NCBI GenBank assembly: GCA_947629985.1
Contig: CANRFV010000001.1
Span: 252,407-316,406, forward strand
Length of the DNA: 64,000 nucleotides
Origin: an uncultured Clostridia bacterium
Lineage (GTDB): Bacteria; Bacillota; Clostridia; Christensenellales; CAG-314
Reading direction: 5' to 3'
The translations under genes were made by a program, and so were the position numbers. Each line of letters begins with the position of its first letter. The stretch's first letter is position 1. The notes below the pieces were generated by a model that worked only from the letters and a program-made list of their open reading frames with translations, did not search any database and had not been told where the DNA came from. This document shows, piece after piece, positions 1 to 9,793 of the stretch.

Positions 1-77
1 TCCTTACAAGATGCAAGAACAAATACAGCGGAAACAATTAAGGCAACTGTAAGCAAAATTGCAAATAGTCTTTTCAT
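1..77 (-). CDS. N-terminus of a putative lipoprotein (partial, continues past window start)
   Basis: Reverse complement of 1-77 reads MKRLFAILLTVALIVSAVFVLASCK: basic N-terminus, hydrophobic core and an L-A-S-C lipobox. Truncated by the window edge, so absent from the ORF track. Confidence 0.5.
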   Translation of the reverse strand, partial: MKRLFAILLTVALIVSAVFVLASCK

Positions 78-130
78 GTTTTTCTCCTTTATAATTTTTT
101 TTACCGACTGTGTCGGTAGAATTAACATAT

Positions 131-1066
131 TTATGCTTTGTGCGCGCTACCCATAATGTTGACAATTTTGTCCGTTACCATTTCTTCTACTGCCGCACGA
201 GCAGGTTCGAGAAATTCTCTGCCCTCGAACTTGGTAGGTTTCAATGCAAACATCTTGCGAAGTTCTCCGAAGTAACAAATACGTATATCGCTACCTACAT
301 TGATCTTGCATACAGACATAGAAGCCGCTTTGCGAAGCATATCTTCGGGAATGCCGATCGCTTCCGGCATCTGACCGCCATAGCTATTGAACGTATCCAA
401 CCTGTCCTTGGGAACGCTGGAAGCGCCGTGCAAAACTATAGGAAACTCGGGTAATTTTGCTGAAATTTCTTCCAATATGTCAAAACGCAGTTGGGGTTTT
501 TGCCCCGGTTTGAATTTATATGCGCCGTGTGCCGTGCCTATTGCAATAGCAAGGCTGTCTATACCTGTGCGATGAACAAACTCAACGGCGTCGTCGGGAT
601 GAGTAAAACTGCCGTACTTGTCATCGACAACTACGTCGTCTTCGATCCCGGCAATGGCGCCCAATTCGCCTTCGACCACGACTCCGCGCTTGTGCGCATA
701 CTCTACGACTTCTCGCGTCATAGCGATATTTGTTTCAAAGTCATACGCAGACGCGTCTATCATTACGGAAGTAAACCCGTTATCAACACACTGTTTGCAC
801 AATTCCACGCTTTTGCCGTGATCAAGATGCAAAGCAATGGGTATGTCGCATTCTTCCGACGCGGCAAGCGCCGCATAACGAACATAAGCGGGATGCATAT
901 ATTTAAGCGCGCCGCCGCTTACGGCAATTATAATCGGCGATTGCGTCTTGACTGCCGCGTTTAGTACGCCTTGCATTATATCTATATTATCCACATTGAA
1001 TGCGCCGACGGCATAGCCTCCGTTGTATGCCTTGCTGAACATTTCTTTTGTGGTTACTAACGCCAT
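131..1066 (-). CDS. fba: Class II fructose-1,6-bisphosphate aldolase
   Basis: 311 aa. Class II FBA signatures include GGYAVGAFNV, LHLDHG, EGELG and IAIGTAHG. GGAGG RBS upstream of the ATG. Confidence 0.95.
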   Translation of the reverse strand: MALVTTKEMFSKAYNGGYAVGAFNVDNIDIMQGVLNAAVKTQSPIIIAVSGGALKYMHPAYVRYAALAASEECDIPIALHLDHGKSVELCKQCVDNGFTSVMIDASAYDFETNIAMTREVVEYAHKRGVVVEGELGAIAGIEDDVVVDDKYGSFTHPDDAVEFVHRTGIDSLAIAIGTAHGAYKFKPGQKPQLRFDILEEISAKLPEFPIVLHGASSVPKDRLDTFNSYGGQMPEAIGIPEDMLRKAASMSVCKINVGSDIRICYFGELRKMFALKPTKFEGREFLEPARAAVEEMVTDKIVNIMGSAHKA

Positions 1067-1107
1067 TTTTTGTCCTCCGAGCGATATATGATTATTCTAT
1101 TTAGACA

Positions 1108-1137
1108 AGCATACCCCCCCCCGAGTGGTTTTGTCAA
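1108..1137 (-). promoter_or_regulatory. Putative sigma-A promoter of fba with a G9 tract in the spacer
   Basis: Minus strand reads TTGACA-AAACCACTC-GGGGGGGGG-TATGCT (18-nt spacer), about 40 nt upstream of the fba ATG. Confidence 0.45.
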
Positions 1138-1200
1138 TATCTTAAACGTATAAAGAAAATTTTTATGAAAAGTTCATTTTTTATTTTATTATTGTGTATA

Positions 1201-1228
1201 AAAAAGAAAACGCGCCTGTCGCGCGTCC
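1201..1228 (-). terminator. Rho-independent terminator after the ABC exporter pair
   Basis: Minus strand reads ACGCGC-GACAG-GCGCGT followed by TTTTCTTTTT. Confidence 0.6.
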
Positions 1229-1317
1229 TTTTGATTGCACCCGACATGCGCATTATTTGGAAACCAAATCAAATAAAAGAGCCCCGCAAAAGCGAGGCAA
1301 CAAATTGTAAAATATAA

Positions 1318-3204
1318 TTACATACCTTTTTGCAGTTGTTCTTTGTTGTACTGCAACGTGTACAATTCGTAATAACGTCCTTTAAGCCGCAGCAATTCGT
1401 GATGGTTGCCTTGTTCGATTATTTCGCCGTCGGACACCACTATTATCTTGTCTGCGTGCTGAATTGTGGACAAACGGTGCGCAACTATCAGCATGGTGCC
1501 GATATTCATCATTTTAGTAAGGCTGTCTTGTATCAGCACTTCGGTTTCGGTATCGATGTTGGCTGTCGCCTCGTCCAAAATCATAACTTCGGGTTTGTGT
1601 ATTATCGTGCGCGCAAAGGACAGTAATTGACGCTGTCCCGCGGAAAAGTTGTTGCCGCGCTCACGCACTTCTTCGTCCAGACCGTGGCTCAACTTGTCGA
1701 TAAACTTGTCGGCATTTACATATTTGCACGCCTGCAATACCTGTTCGTCGCTGAACTCGTCCCGCAACACAATATTACTGCGTATTGTGCCGGCAAACAA
1801 AAATACATCTTGCAACATCTGCCCGAAATGCTTACGCAACGACGAGATTTTGATTTTTTTGATATTTATTCCGTCCAACAAAATTTCGCCTTGCTGAATG
1901 TCGTAATTTCGGCAGAGCAACGACAAAATAGTGGTTTTTCCGCTACCTGTGGCTCCCACAAACGCAACCGTTTCGTTGGCATTGATGTGAAAACTTACGT
2001 CTTTAAGTACCCACTCGCCCGGGTTGTAAGCAAACCACACATTTTTGAATTCGATTTCGCCGCGCACGCTGTCAAGTTCGATTGCGTCCGGCTCGTCCAC
2101 CACGTCGGGTTGAATGTCCATAATGGTAAATATCTTTTCGGCGGAGGCAAATGCCGACTGCAAACGGTGAAACTGCTCGGCAAGGTGCTGTATTGGGTTG
2201 AAAAATTTGCTTATAAACATATAAAACATAATTATCGTTTCACTGCTTATGCTTTGCCCGAACAACGTAATGTTGTCTATATAGCCCTTGCAACCCAAGA
2301 AAAACAAGCACAGAACAGATACGATGTACAGCAAGTATACCATCGGGCGGAATATTCCGAATACAAATATTTGTCCGCGTTGCGCTTGATATAATTTATC
2401 GTTTTTGGCGTTGAATTCGTCCATTTTGCGTTGTTCACGATTGAAAATTTGTATTATTTTCATTCCCGACAAATGCTCGGACAAATAAGTGTTGATGTCG
2501 GTCGTGCCGTTTTTTACCTGTCTGTATGCGCGACGCGAAAACTTGCGGAAAATTACGGTAAACAACACGATAAACGGCACAAAACACAACACCATCAACG
2601 TGAGCATATAGTTGATAAACAACATAGCCACCAACACGCCGATGATCAAAAAGATGTTCTTTACAAGATTTACCAACATTCCCGTAAACATCATCGATAT
2701 CGCGTTGGTATCGTTTGTAACGCGGGTTACCAATTTGCCGACGGGTATTTTGGACAGTTGCGCATGCGACAGGTTTTCGATATGCGTAAACGCGTCTTCG
2801 CGCAAGTGAGAAATTATTTTTTGCCCCGTTTTTTGCAAAATTATCGCCTGAACGTAGGTGCTTATAAGCGACACTACAAGTATGCTTGCATACACCGCAA
2901 CGCGCCACAATACGTCAGAGTACTCAAAAGAGCCGCCTTTTATTATTTCTTCGATATTGCCTATCAGTATGGGCGACAAGATGTCGTAAACAATGGACAG
3001 CAACATAACTGCGCCCACAATTACAAAGTTGAGCCAATACGGCCGCGCATATTTGAGCAAACGTCTCATCAGTTCGCCGTCCTTCATATTGCGGTCGAAG
3101 CCCATCGCTTCCTTTTTGTCTTTTACAAACGCGTAAGCCAAAATAAGCACCGCGCTTACCACGCCCACTATCGCGCCGACGATCAGTAACGGTAAATATT
3201 CCAT
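1318..3204 (-). CDS. ABC exporter, fused permease/ATPase (type I exporter half-transporter)
   Basis: 628 aa with an N-terminal 6-TM region. Walker A GATGSGKTT, signature FSAGQRQL, Walker B VMILDEATANID. Confidence 0.9.
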   Translation of the reverse strand: MEYLPLLIVGAIVGVVSAVLILAYAFVKDKKEAMGFDRNMKDGELMRRLLKYARPYWLNFVIVGAVMLLSIVYDILSPILIGNIEEIIKGGSFEYSDVLWRVAVYASILVVSLISTYVQAIILQKTGQKIISHLREDAFTHIENLSHAQLSKIPVGKLVTRVTNDTNAISMMFTGMLVNLVKNIFLIIGVLVAMLFINYMLTLMVLCFVPFIVLFTVIFRKFSRRAYRQVKNGTTDINTYLSEHLSGMKIIQIFNREQRKMDEFNAKNDKLYQAQRGQIFVFGIFRPMVYLLYIVSVLCLFFLGCKGYIDNITLFGQSISSETIIMFYMFISKFFNPIQHLAEQFHRLQSAFASAEKIFTIMDIQPDVVDEPDAIELDSVRGEIEFKNVWFAYNPGEWVLKDVSFHINANETVAFVGATGSGKTTILSLLCRNYDIQQGEILLDGINIKKIKISSLRKHFGQMLQDVFLFAGTIRSNIVLRDEFSDEQVLQACKYVNADKFIDKLSHGLDEEVRERGNNFSAGQRQLLSFARTIIHKPEVMILDEATANIDTETEVLIQDSLTKMMNIGTMLIVAHRLSTIQHADKIIVVSDGEIIEQGNHHELLRLKGRYYELYTLQYNKEQLQKGM

Positions 3205-3205
3205 A

Positions 3206-4981
3206 TTACAGTCCCTCCTCGTCTTCCAACGTTTGCAAAGCGACCATATTTTGATACTCCTTGCAACGCGACAGCAGTTCTTCGTGCGAACCGACGTCGA
3301 GTATTTTACCGTTGTCGAGATAAATTATTTTGTCAAGCCCTTGCACGGTAGAAATACGATGCGCGATAAAAATAGTTGTTTTACCCGCACGCGCTTGTTT
3401 AAGATTGCTAAGTATTACGCGCTCCGTATCGGTATCCACGGCGGAAACAGAGTCGTCCAAAATAAGTATCGACGCGTCCTTCATCAGGGCACGCGCAATG
3501 GATATACGCTGTTTTTGTCCGCCGGACACAGTTACGCCCCTTTCGCCCAGCACGGTTTGATACGCAGCGGTAAACTTGCTGATATTGTCGTCTATATCCG
3601 ACAGTTGCGCGGCATATTTTACGTCTTCGATGTCGCCGCGGTCGGTTGCAAAAGAGATATTGTTTTCGATCGTGTCGGAAAACAAAAAGTTGTCTTGCGG
3701 AACGTATGCGCAAAAATCACGCAAACTTTTTACGGTAATGTCGTTTACGTCCTTGCCGTCCACAAACACCGTTCCCTTGGGAACGTTGTAACAACGCAAA
3801 ATCAAATCGGCAACGGTTGTTTTGCCCGAACCCGTTTTGCCGACAATGCCGACGTTTTCGCCCGCTTTTACGGTAAACGAAACGTTTTCGAGCGAATCGT
3901 AATCCGCACCGGGATAGCGGAACGTAAGGTTGTCAAAGCGTATGTCGCCTTTTACTTCCGTTACGTCTGTCGCTTCGGGAGCGTCGGTAACGTCTTGTTT
4001 GGCGTCCAACAGATCCGATACGCGTTTGAGCGACGCTTTGCCGCGCGACACCATTTCGATAAGTTCGGTTATTGCCATAATGGGCCATACAACCGAGTTG
4101 AAATAGCCGATAAACTCCATCAGTTGCCCCGCATTGAATGTAGTTTGATAAACCAAAAACGAACCGTAGCCCAAAATGACGCATATTACCGATTCGACAA
4201 ACAAAGTAACGGCAATGTTAAGCAACGTGCTTATGCGAGTGTAGGTAACGTTAGCGTTTTCGTTCTTTTTGTTCAGCCATCTGAACGCAAGCAATTCTTT
4301 AAATTCCTTTACAAACGCTTTAATTACCGCTATTCCGGAAAAACTTTCCTGCGCGAAATCCGACAGATCCGAAAACGCCTGCTGACGAACTTGCCATTTT
4401 AACGTCATATACTTACCGACAAGAACGCTTACTACCAACATAAGCGCCATCGGAATAAGCGACAACAGCGTCATTGTGGAATCCATCTTAAACATTTTAT
4501 ATAGCGACATTCCACCCATAAACAACGCGTCGCAGGTCATCATTATACCGCTGCCGAAACAATCCTGAACCGTTTCCAGATCGTTGGTAAACAGCGACAT
4601 CATATTGCCGATCTTGTTGCGCGAATAAAATTCGCAGGACAAATCCTTGCAATGATCGAACATTTGACGTCTCAGATCACGCTCAACTTTTATTCCCGAA
4701 CCAAACAGACAAATACGCCACAAAAATCTGCCGCTTACTATAACGGCGACAATTATGAACATAGGCTTGCATATATACTGCCACAAAAAGTCCAAATCGA
4801 ACGTTAACAAAGTACCGTCTTGCAATGTTACGGAACCGTCGTTTATGCCGTTGACGACCATGCCGTAAATTTCGGGAATAATCAATTGCGCATAATCTAC
4901 GGCAACAAGCGCTGCGATACCGATAAGTATCATCAGCGCGTATTTCAAATAAAATTTATTGATGTATTTGCCGAAAATCAT
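3206..4981 (-). CDS. ABC exporter, fused permease/ATPase (partner half-transporter)
   Basis: 591 aa. Walker A GKTGSGKTT, signature VSGGQKQR, Walker B ILILDDSVSAVD. Abuts the downstream half-transporter with a 1-nt gap, suggesting a heterodimer. Confidence 0.9.
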   Translation of the reverse strand: MIFGKYINKFYLKYALMILIGIAALVAVDYAQLIIPEIYGMVVNGINDGSVTLQDGTLLTFDLDFLWQYICKPMFIIVAVIVSGRFLWRICLFGSGIKVERDLRRQMFDHCKDLSCEFYSRNKIGNMMSLFTNDLETVQDCFGSGIMMTCDALFMGGMSLYKMFKMDSTMTLLSLIPMALMLVVSVLVGKYMTLKWQVRQQAFSDLSDFAQESFSGIAVIKAFVKEFKELLAFRWLNKKNENANVTYTRISTLLNIAVTLFVESVICVILGYGSFLVYQTTFNAGQLMEFIGYFNSVVWPIMAITELIEMVSRGKASLKRVSDLLDAKQDVTDAPEATDVTEVKGDIRFDNLTFRYPGADYDSLENVSFTVKAGENVGIVGKTGSGKTTVADLILRCYNVPKGTVFVDGKDVNDITVKSLRDFCAYVPQDNFLFSDTIENNISFATDRGDIEDVKYAAQLSDIDDNISKFTAAYQTVLGERGVTVSGGQKQRISIARALMKDASILILDDSVSAVDTDTERVILSNLKQARAGKTTIFIAHRISTVQGLDKIIYLDNGKILDVGSHEELLSRCKEYQNMVALQTLEDEEGL

Positions 4982-5157
4982 TGGTGCCTCTTAAAAGTAA
5001 TAATCGAAAACAGTTTAGCACCAACCGCACAGTCCGTCAACAAAAAATCGAACTAAAACGTATAATAAATTTATTTATCAAATATTACATTCCGAATATA
5101 GATAATTATTATTTAATCTTGGTAATATTGCAAAAAACAGTCGAACTTTAGACTGCG

Positions 5158-5883
5158 TTAGGATAATTTCAATAATTCGATCAAACTTTTCAGCGGCGAA
5201 AAACTGTGCGCGATGTATCTGTACATCATTGTCAATGCGTCTTTAAGAATTTCCAATGTCAAATTTATGTTTTTAAGACGGCTATACGGCATATTTTCCA
5301 CCAAAGTACATGCGCCGACGACCTGTGCGCCGAGCGCAGTGCTTTCTGCCGTGCGACACTCCTTGCACACAAGACCGCCGCGCTGCAAATCGAGATAGAC
5401 CTTGTCGGTAGGACGATCGCACACCACGCAATTGCCGAACTGCAAGCCGAAACCTTCCGTTTTGGTAAATCCCAACAAATAACGCAACACTACCAGCAAC
5501 GGTTCGCAACCGTCGGTCAACGCCTGCAACGCTTTGAGAGTTTGAATAAACAACTGAGATTCCTGTTGCTCTTCTTCGGTGTAATTTACCAAGCACTCGG
5601 CTATTACGCATGCTGCATAATACACGGTTATGTCCTGCCGCAAAGCATAAAAACTTTCTATCTGTTGGCATGTTTTAAGAGTAAAACGGTCGCCGTTTTG
5701 CGCCAACTCGTACTGACCGAAACAAAACTGGTCGGCGGCAAATTTCAATTTTGCACCGCTTTTGCGAATGCCTTTGGCGTGTACCGAAATTTTGCCGTAT
5801 TCCAACGAATACAGCAAAATAAATTTATCGTTTTCCCCATAGTCTGTCGCTTTGAGCATCAGCGCTCTTGTCGTTACGTCCAT
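5158..5883 (-). CDS. recO: DNA repair protein RecO
   Basis: 241 aa with an N-terminal OB-fold-like region and a CxxC...CxxC zinc motif (CVVC...CKEC). Conserved position downstream of era-yqzL. Confidence 0.9.
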   Translation of the reverse strand: MDVTTRALMLKATDYGENDKFILLYSLEYGKISVHAKGIRKSGAKLKFAADQFCFGQYELAQNGDRFTLKTCQQIESFYALRQDITVYYAACVIAECLVNYTEEEQQESQLFIQTLKALQALTDGCEPLLVVLRYLLGFTKTEGFGLQFGNCVVCDRPTDKVYLDLQRGGLVCKECRTAESTALGAQVVGACTLVENMPYSRLKNINLTLEILKDALTMMYRYIAHSFSPLKSLIELLKLS

Positions 5884-5965
5884 CTTGCGTCAATTCTCTG
5901 TAAAATAAGTAATATGCGGGATTACCCGTTTCTTTGAAAAGTTTCCACGCGGTATCTTTGATCAT
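5825..5965 (-). CDS. yqzL: YqzL-family small protein (46 aa, below ORF-track cutoff)
   Basis: Hand translation gives MIKDTAWKLFKETGNPAYYLFYRELTQDGRNDKSADAQSDRLWGKR. GGAGG lies 6 nt upstream of the ATG. The W-K-L-F-x-x-T-G-x-x-x-x-Y-L-x-Y motif and the era/recO position match B. subtilis yqzL. Confidence 0.6.
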   Translation of the reverse strand: MIKDTAWKLFKETGNPAYYLFYRELTQDGRNDKSADAQSDRLWGKR

Positions 5966-6020
5966 AGCAAACCTCCACACGTTAAAGTTTGCGTAATTAA
6001 ACAAGATATATGCAGTAAAC

Positions 6021-6908
6021 TTATTTGCGATTGGTATAGCCCAATTCGTTAAGTACCGACGGATTGTTGCGCCAATCTTCTTTGACTTTTACCCACAACG
6101 TCAAAAAGACGGGGGCTTGAAGCATTTTTTCGATACTTTCACGCGCGTGAGTACCGATATTTTTGATCATTGTGCCGTGTTTGCCCAAAATAATGGGTTT
6201 ATGCGACGCTTTTTCGACCAATACCGTGGCGTCGATGTTCCAGGTATTGCCTTGCAGTTGCATTAAATTTATTTCTACGCCCACGCCGTGAGGAATTTCG
6301 TTTTCGCAAGCGACAAGTACCTTTTCGCGTATTATTTCGCACACGATAAAACGCTGACTTTTGTCGGTTACGTCGTCTTCTTCGAAATACATCTCGGTGC
6401 CGCTAAGATATTTTTTCAACCCCTGTTTAAGTTCTTCTACGCCGCGATTGCGTTTGGCTGATACGCAGTAAACTTCCTTTATGCCGTCTATTGCGTTCAA
6501 TTTTGCCAATTCGGGCATAAGTTTTGCGGGTTGAGTAATATCTGTTTTGGTAACGGCCACAACGACGGGAGCGTCCGATTTGGCATAACGCTGTATTTCG
6601 GCAATTTCGTGCGCGTCTATACCGTCGTGTCCGTCAACGGCGACCAAAATGCAATCGACGTTTTGCACGGCGCTGTTTATACTGCGCAGCATATAATCTC
6701 CGAGAGCGTTTTTGCTATGCAAAAAGCCGGGCGTATCCACAAAAACCATCTGGCTGTCGTCGTCCGTCCATATACCCAAAATATTGTTGCGCGTTGTTTG
6801 CGGTTTGGGCGAGATTATCGAAACTTTTTGTTTTACGAATGAATTGAGCAATGTGGATTTGCCCGCATTGGCTTGTCCCACTATTGCAATAAAACCCGTC
6901 TTGCGCAT
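6021..6908 (-). CDS. era: GTPase Era
   Basis: 295 aa. G1 GQANAGKST, G3 DTPG, G4 TKTD, and a C-terminal KH domain. Confidence 0.95.
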   Translation of the reverse strand: MRKTGFIAIVGQANAGKSTLLNSFVKQKVSIISPKPQTTRNNILGIWTDDDSQMVFVDTPGFLHSKNALGDYMLRSINSAVQNVDCILVAVDGHDGIDAHEIAEIQRYAKSDAPVVVAVTKTDITQPAKLMPELAKLNAIDGIKEVYCVSAKRNRGVEELKQGLKKYLSGTEMYFEEDDVTDKSQRFIVCEIIREKVLVACENEIPHGVGVEINLMQLQGNTWNIDATVLVEKASHKPIILGKHGTMIKNIGTHARESIEKMLQAPVFLTLWVKVKEDWRNNPSVLNELGYTNRK

Positions 6909-6909
6909 A

Positions 6910-7392
6910 CTACTCCCTTGTTATGTGTAATTTGTCCAAAATTGTACTTTGCAATTGCGTCATCTGACGTTCGTCTTGGGGAGAGATATGGTCGTAACCC
7001 AACAAATGCAGTAAACCGTGCAAGGTCAAAAAGCACATTTCTCGGCGCAGACTGTGTCCGTATTCGTCCGCTTGTCTGCGCGCGCGTTCGGCGCATATCA
7101 CAACGTCGCCGATATTCAATTTGCCCGTTGCGGGATTGATATTATCCGCGGGAAAATCGGCAACGTTAAGTATGCCGCGATCGGGGTTGTCTACGGTGGG
7201 AAATGACAATACGTCCGTAACGGAATCGACATTGCGAAACTGTTTGTTAAGGCGGCGTATTTCGTCCTCCGAAACGATCGACACGGACATTTCCAAATCG
7301 CGCCGGGGTTGTCCCAAATATTTAAGCGCGCAGTCAACGGTGCGTTTAAGCGCAAAACGAATAGAACCCGCGTTGGAAAAATATATCGTCAT
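6910..7392 (-). CDS. ybeY: rRNA maturation endoribonuclease YbeY
   Basis: 160 aa from the internal ATG (MTIYFSN). Zinc motif HGLLHLLGYDH. ATGA overlap with the upstream gene. The ORF-track 5' extension to 7614 overlaps pgpH and is arginine-rich junk. Confidence 0.9.
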   Translation of the reverse strand: MTIYFSNAGSIRFALKRTVDCALKYLGQPRRDLEMSVSIVSEDEIRRLNKQFRNVDSVTDVLSFPTVDNPDRGILNVADFPADNINPATGKLNIGDVVICAERARRQADEYGHSLRREMCFLTLHGLLHLLGYDHISPQDERQMTQLQSTILDKLHITRE

Positions 7393-8828
7393 TTGTCCCC
7401 TTCCAAACGGATATCGGGATAAGATATTCTCTTGTGTCTGATACCCGTAAACGTGGTAATAATCGTACTCTTGATGATGTCGATCTCCTTCATCGAAATG
7501 TCGCAATTGGAAAATTGGTCGAATCTCACACGCTCGGCAACAATGTCGTCGACGATTTTTTCTACGTTGTTTTTGTTGCCGCTTGCGCGCAAAGCCGCTT
7601 CCGAAGCGTCGCATATCATCAATATTGCGGATATTTTATTTGTCGGTTTAGGACCGTCGTAGCAATAACCGTCGAAAGGCAGATCGCCGTCGGTATATTT
7701 AAGCGCCTTGAAATAGAAATATTTAATGGGCATTGTGCCGTGGTGCTCTATTATTGCTGCCTGAACTTCCTTGGGCAAATTGTATTCCTTGGCTATGGCA
7801 AGCCCGTTTAGCGTATGATATTTGATCATATTTACGCTCGCTTCCGGCGTCATACTGTCGTGCGGATTTATGCCGGCAAATTGATTTTCCGAAAAGTACG
7901 ACGGGTTTTTCATTTTGCCGATATCGTGATAATACGCGGCGGCGCGCGCCATTACGGCACTTTCGCCTATTGCGGCGGCGCAGGCTTCTACGTAAGTTGC
8001 CACCGTAAGGCTGTGATTGTAAGTACCGGGCGCTTTTTCAAACAAGTCGCGCATAAGTTTGTTGTCGGATGTTGCTATTTCGGAAAATCTGAAAACGGAA
8101 GAAACGTTGAATATCCTTTCGAACAGCGGCACCAAAACAAACATAAGCATAATGCCTATTATACCGCTGGCAAACGAACAGGCGGCCTTTATGCCGTAAA
8201 CCGTCCAGGACCAATTGTCCTCGAACATAAGATAACTGATCGTGGCGCTGGCAACCGATATTATTCCCAGTACAAAGCCCACTACAAGGTAACGCGAACG
8301 GCGGTAATGTTTGCCGAGTACAAACGATACGAATACCGCTTCGATTACGCCGCCGAACAGCAAGTAAAAGAAGTTTTCCGTTGCCAAAGTGGCTTTTGTT
8401 TGCCAATTGATCGCCTGCATAAAGCACAGCATTATTATTACGAAATTTGCAAAAAAGCCGCATTTGCCGGATACTATCAAAGAAAGTATAAGCGCGCACA
8501 GGGCAAAAGGTACAAGGTTGATAGCGTATTCCCACAGTTGCGACAACTGTATTATCATATACGCTATTATCATTGTTGTAAACATCGCCCAAGTTTTGCG
8601 CGTACTTTCCATTACCGCCACATCGGCGAAATATGTGTACAAAGCAAGCGCGCTAAGCAACATAAATATCGTCGCAAGTTGAACGGCAATATGAACCGCT
8701 AAGTTTATATTTTCCATTTGCGACCAATTGGGTAAAATGGTCATCAACGCAAGCAATGCAAACATAGCAACGTAACTTGCTATAATGTACGACCATTTTA
8801 TATTGTTGATTTTTTGTTTTTTTTCCAT
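7389..8828 (-). CDS. pgpH: 7TM-HD membrane phosphohydrolase (PgpH/YqfF-like, likely c-di-AMP phosphodiesterase)
   Basis: 479 aa with a multi-TM N-terminal half and a C-terminal HD domain (YHDIGK, HH). Sits in the phoH-yqfF-ybeY synteny. Confidence 0.8.
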   Translation of the reverse strand: MEKKQKINNIKWSYIIASYVAMFALLALMTILPNWSQMENINLAVHIAVQLATIFMLLSALALYTYFADVAVMESTRKTWAMFTTMIIAYMIIQLSQLWEYAINLVPFALCALILSLIVSGKCGFFANFVIIMLCFMQAINWQTKATLATENFFYLLFGGVIEAVFVSFVLGKHYRRSRYLVVGFVLGIISVASATISYLMFEDNWSWTVYGIKAACSFASGIIGIMLMFVLVPLFERIFNVSSVFRFSEIATSDNKLMRDLFEKAPGTYNHSLTVATYVEACAAAIGESAVMARAAAYYHDIGKMKNPSYFSENQFAGINPHDSMTPEASVNMIKYHTLNGLAIAKEYNLPKEVQAAIIEHHGTMPIKYFYFKALKYTDGDLPFDGYCYDGPKPTNKISAILMICDASEAALRASGNKNNVEKIVDDIVAERVRFDQFSNCDISMKEIDIIKSTIITTFTGIRHKRISYPDIRLEGDK

Positions 8829-9778
8829 TATTTATCCTCTGCTTCGTAAGCCTTGACGATCTTTTGCACCAACGGATGCCGCACAACGTCTCGTTCGCTC
8901 AACCGAATGATGCCGATGTCGTCAATATCTTTAAGTATTCTTATTGCGTGTTTTAATCCCGACGTAAGACCTTTTGGCAAGTCGATTTGCGTAAGATCTC
9001 CCGTAATTACCATTTTACTGTTTTCGCCCAATCTTGTCAAAAACATTTTTATCTGTTCGCGCGTGGTATTTTGCGCTTCGTCCAAAATAACAAACGCATT
9101 TGAAAGAGTGCGGCCTCTCATATATGCCAACGGGGCTATTTCTATTGTGCCGCGTTCCATCATCTTGGCATAAGTTTCGATACCCAGCATTTCCTGCAAC
9201 GCGTCGTACAGAGGACGAAGATACGGATTGACTTTTTCCTGCAAATCGCCCGGTAAAAAGCCCAACTTTTCGCCGGCTTCCACGGCGGGACGCGTCAAAA
9301 TGATCTTTTCGACTTGCTTGGCTTTGATTGCGTTTACCGCAATTGCCACGGCAAGATAGGTTTTGCCCGTACCGGCAGGTCCGACTCCGAAAGTTATCGT
9401 ATTCTTCTTCATCAGATCCACGTACTTCTTTTGTCCGACCGTTTTGCATTTGATCGGTTTACCTTTGCCCGTGATCGCAACGGCTTCGCCCAACAGTTGA
9501 TCCACTTCGTCCAACTTGTCGGCATTGGCGCAATCACAAATGTAATTGACGCGGCCGATATCCAAAATTTCGTCCGTATAAATAAAGGTTTTGAGTTTGT
9601 TTATTACGGCGATGGCTTTGCGAACGTTTTGCTCTTCGCCCAACAAACTGCTTTGCCCGTCCTGCATTACCACTTTTACGTCAAATGCCTGACAAATCGC
9701 CTTGATGTTTTCGTCGAACGGCCCGAACAATTTTACAAGTTCGTCTACCGAATCCACTTCGATTTTTTTGGATATCAA
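8828..9778 (-). CDS. phoH: PhoH-family ATPase
   Basis: 316 aa. Walker A GPAGTGKT and PhoH core motifs. 1-nt TAATG overlap with pgpH. Confidence 0.9.
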   Translation of the reverse strand: MISKKIEVDSVDELVKLFGPFDENIKAICQAFDVKVVMQDGQSSLLGEEQNVRKAIAVINKLKTFIYTDEILDIGRVNYICDCANADKLDEVDQLLGEAVAITGKGKPIKCKTVGQKKYVDLMKKNTITFGVGPAGTGKTYLAVAIAVNAIKAKQVEKIILTRPAVEAGEKLGFLPGDLQEKVNPYLRPLYDALQEMLGIETYAKMMERGTIEIAPLAYMRGRTLSNAFVILDEAQNTTREQIKMFLTRLGENSKMVITGDLTQIDLPKGLTSGLKHAIRILKDIDDIGIIRLSERDVVRHPLVQKIVKAYEAEDK

Positions 9779-9793
9779 GATTGTCCTCCCGAA

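Noticed and set aside
6910-7614. ORF-track 5' extensions taken at face value. Examples: ybeY to 7614, yqfC to 11282, coaE to 21123, PHP to 48397, recX to 50714, rpsU to 51451, mtaB to 53255, padR to 54504, alaS to 40572, the permease to 29755 and the zinc-ribbon TM gene to 41602.
   Set aside because: The extensions overlap upstream genes or consist of junk-like sequence. In each case an internal ATG with a Shine-Dalgarno motif gives a protein that starts at the conserved family N-terminus.
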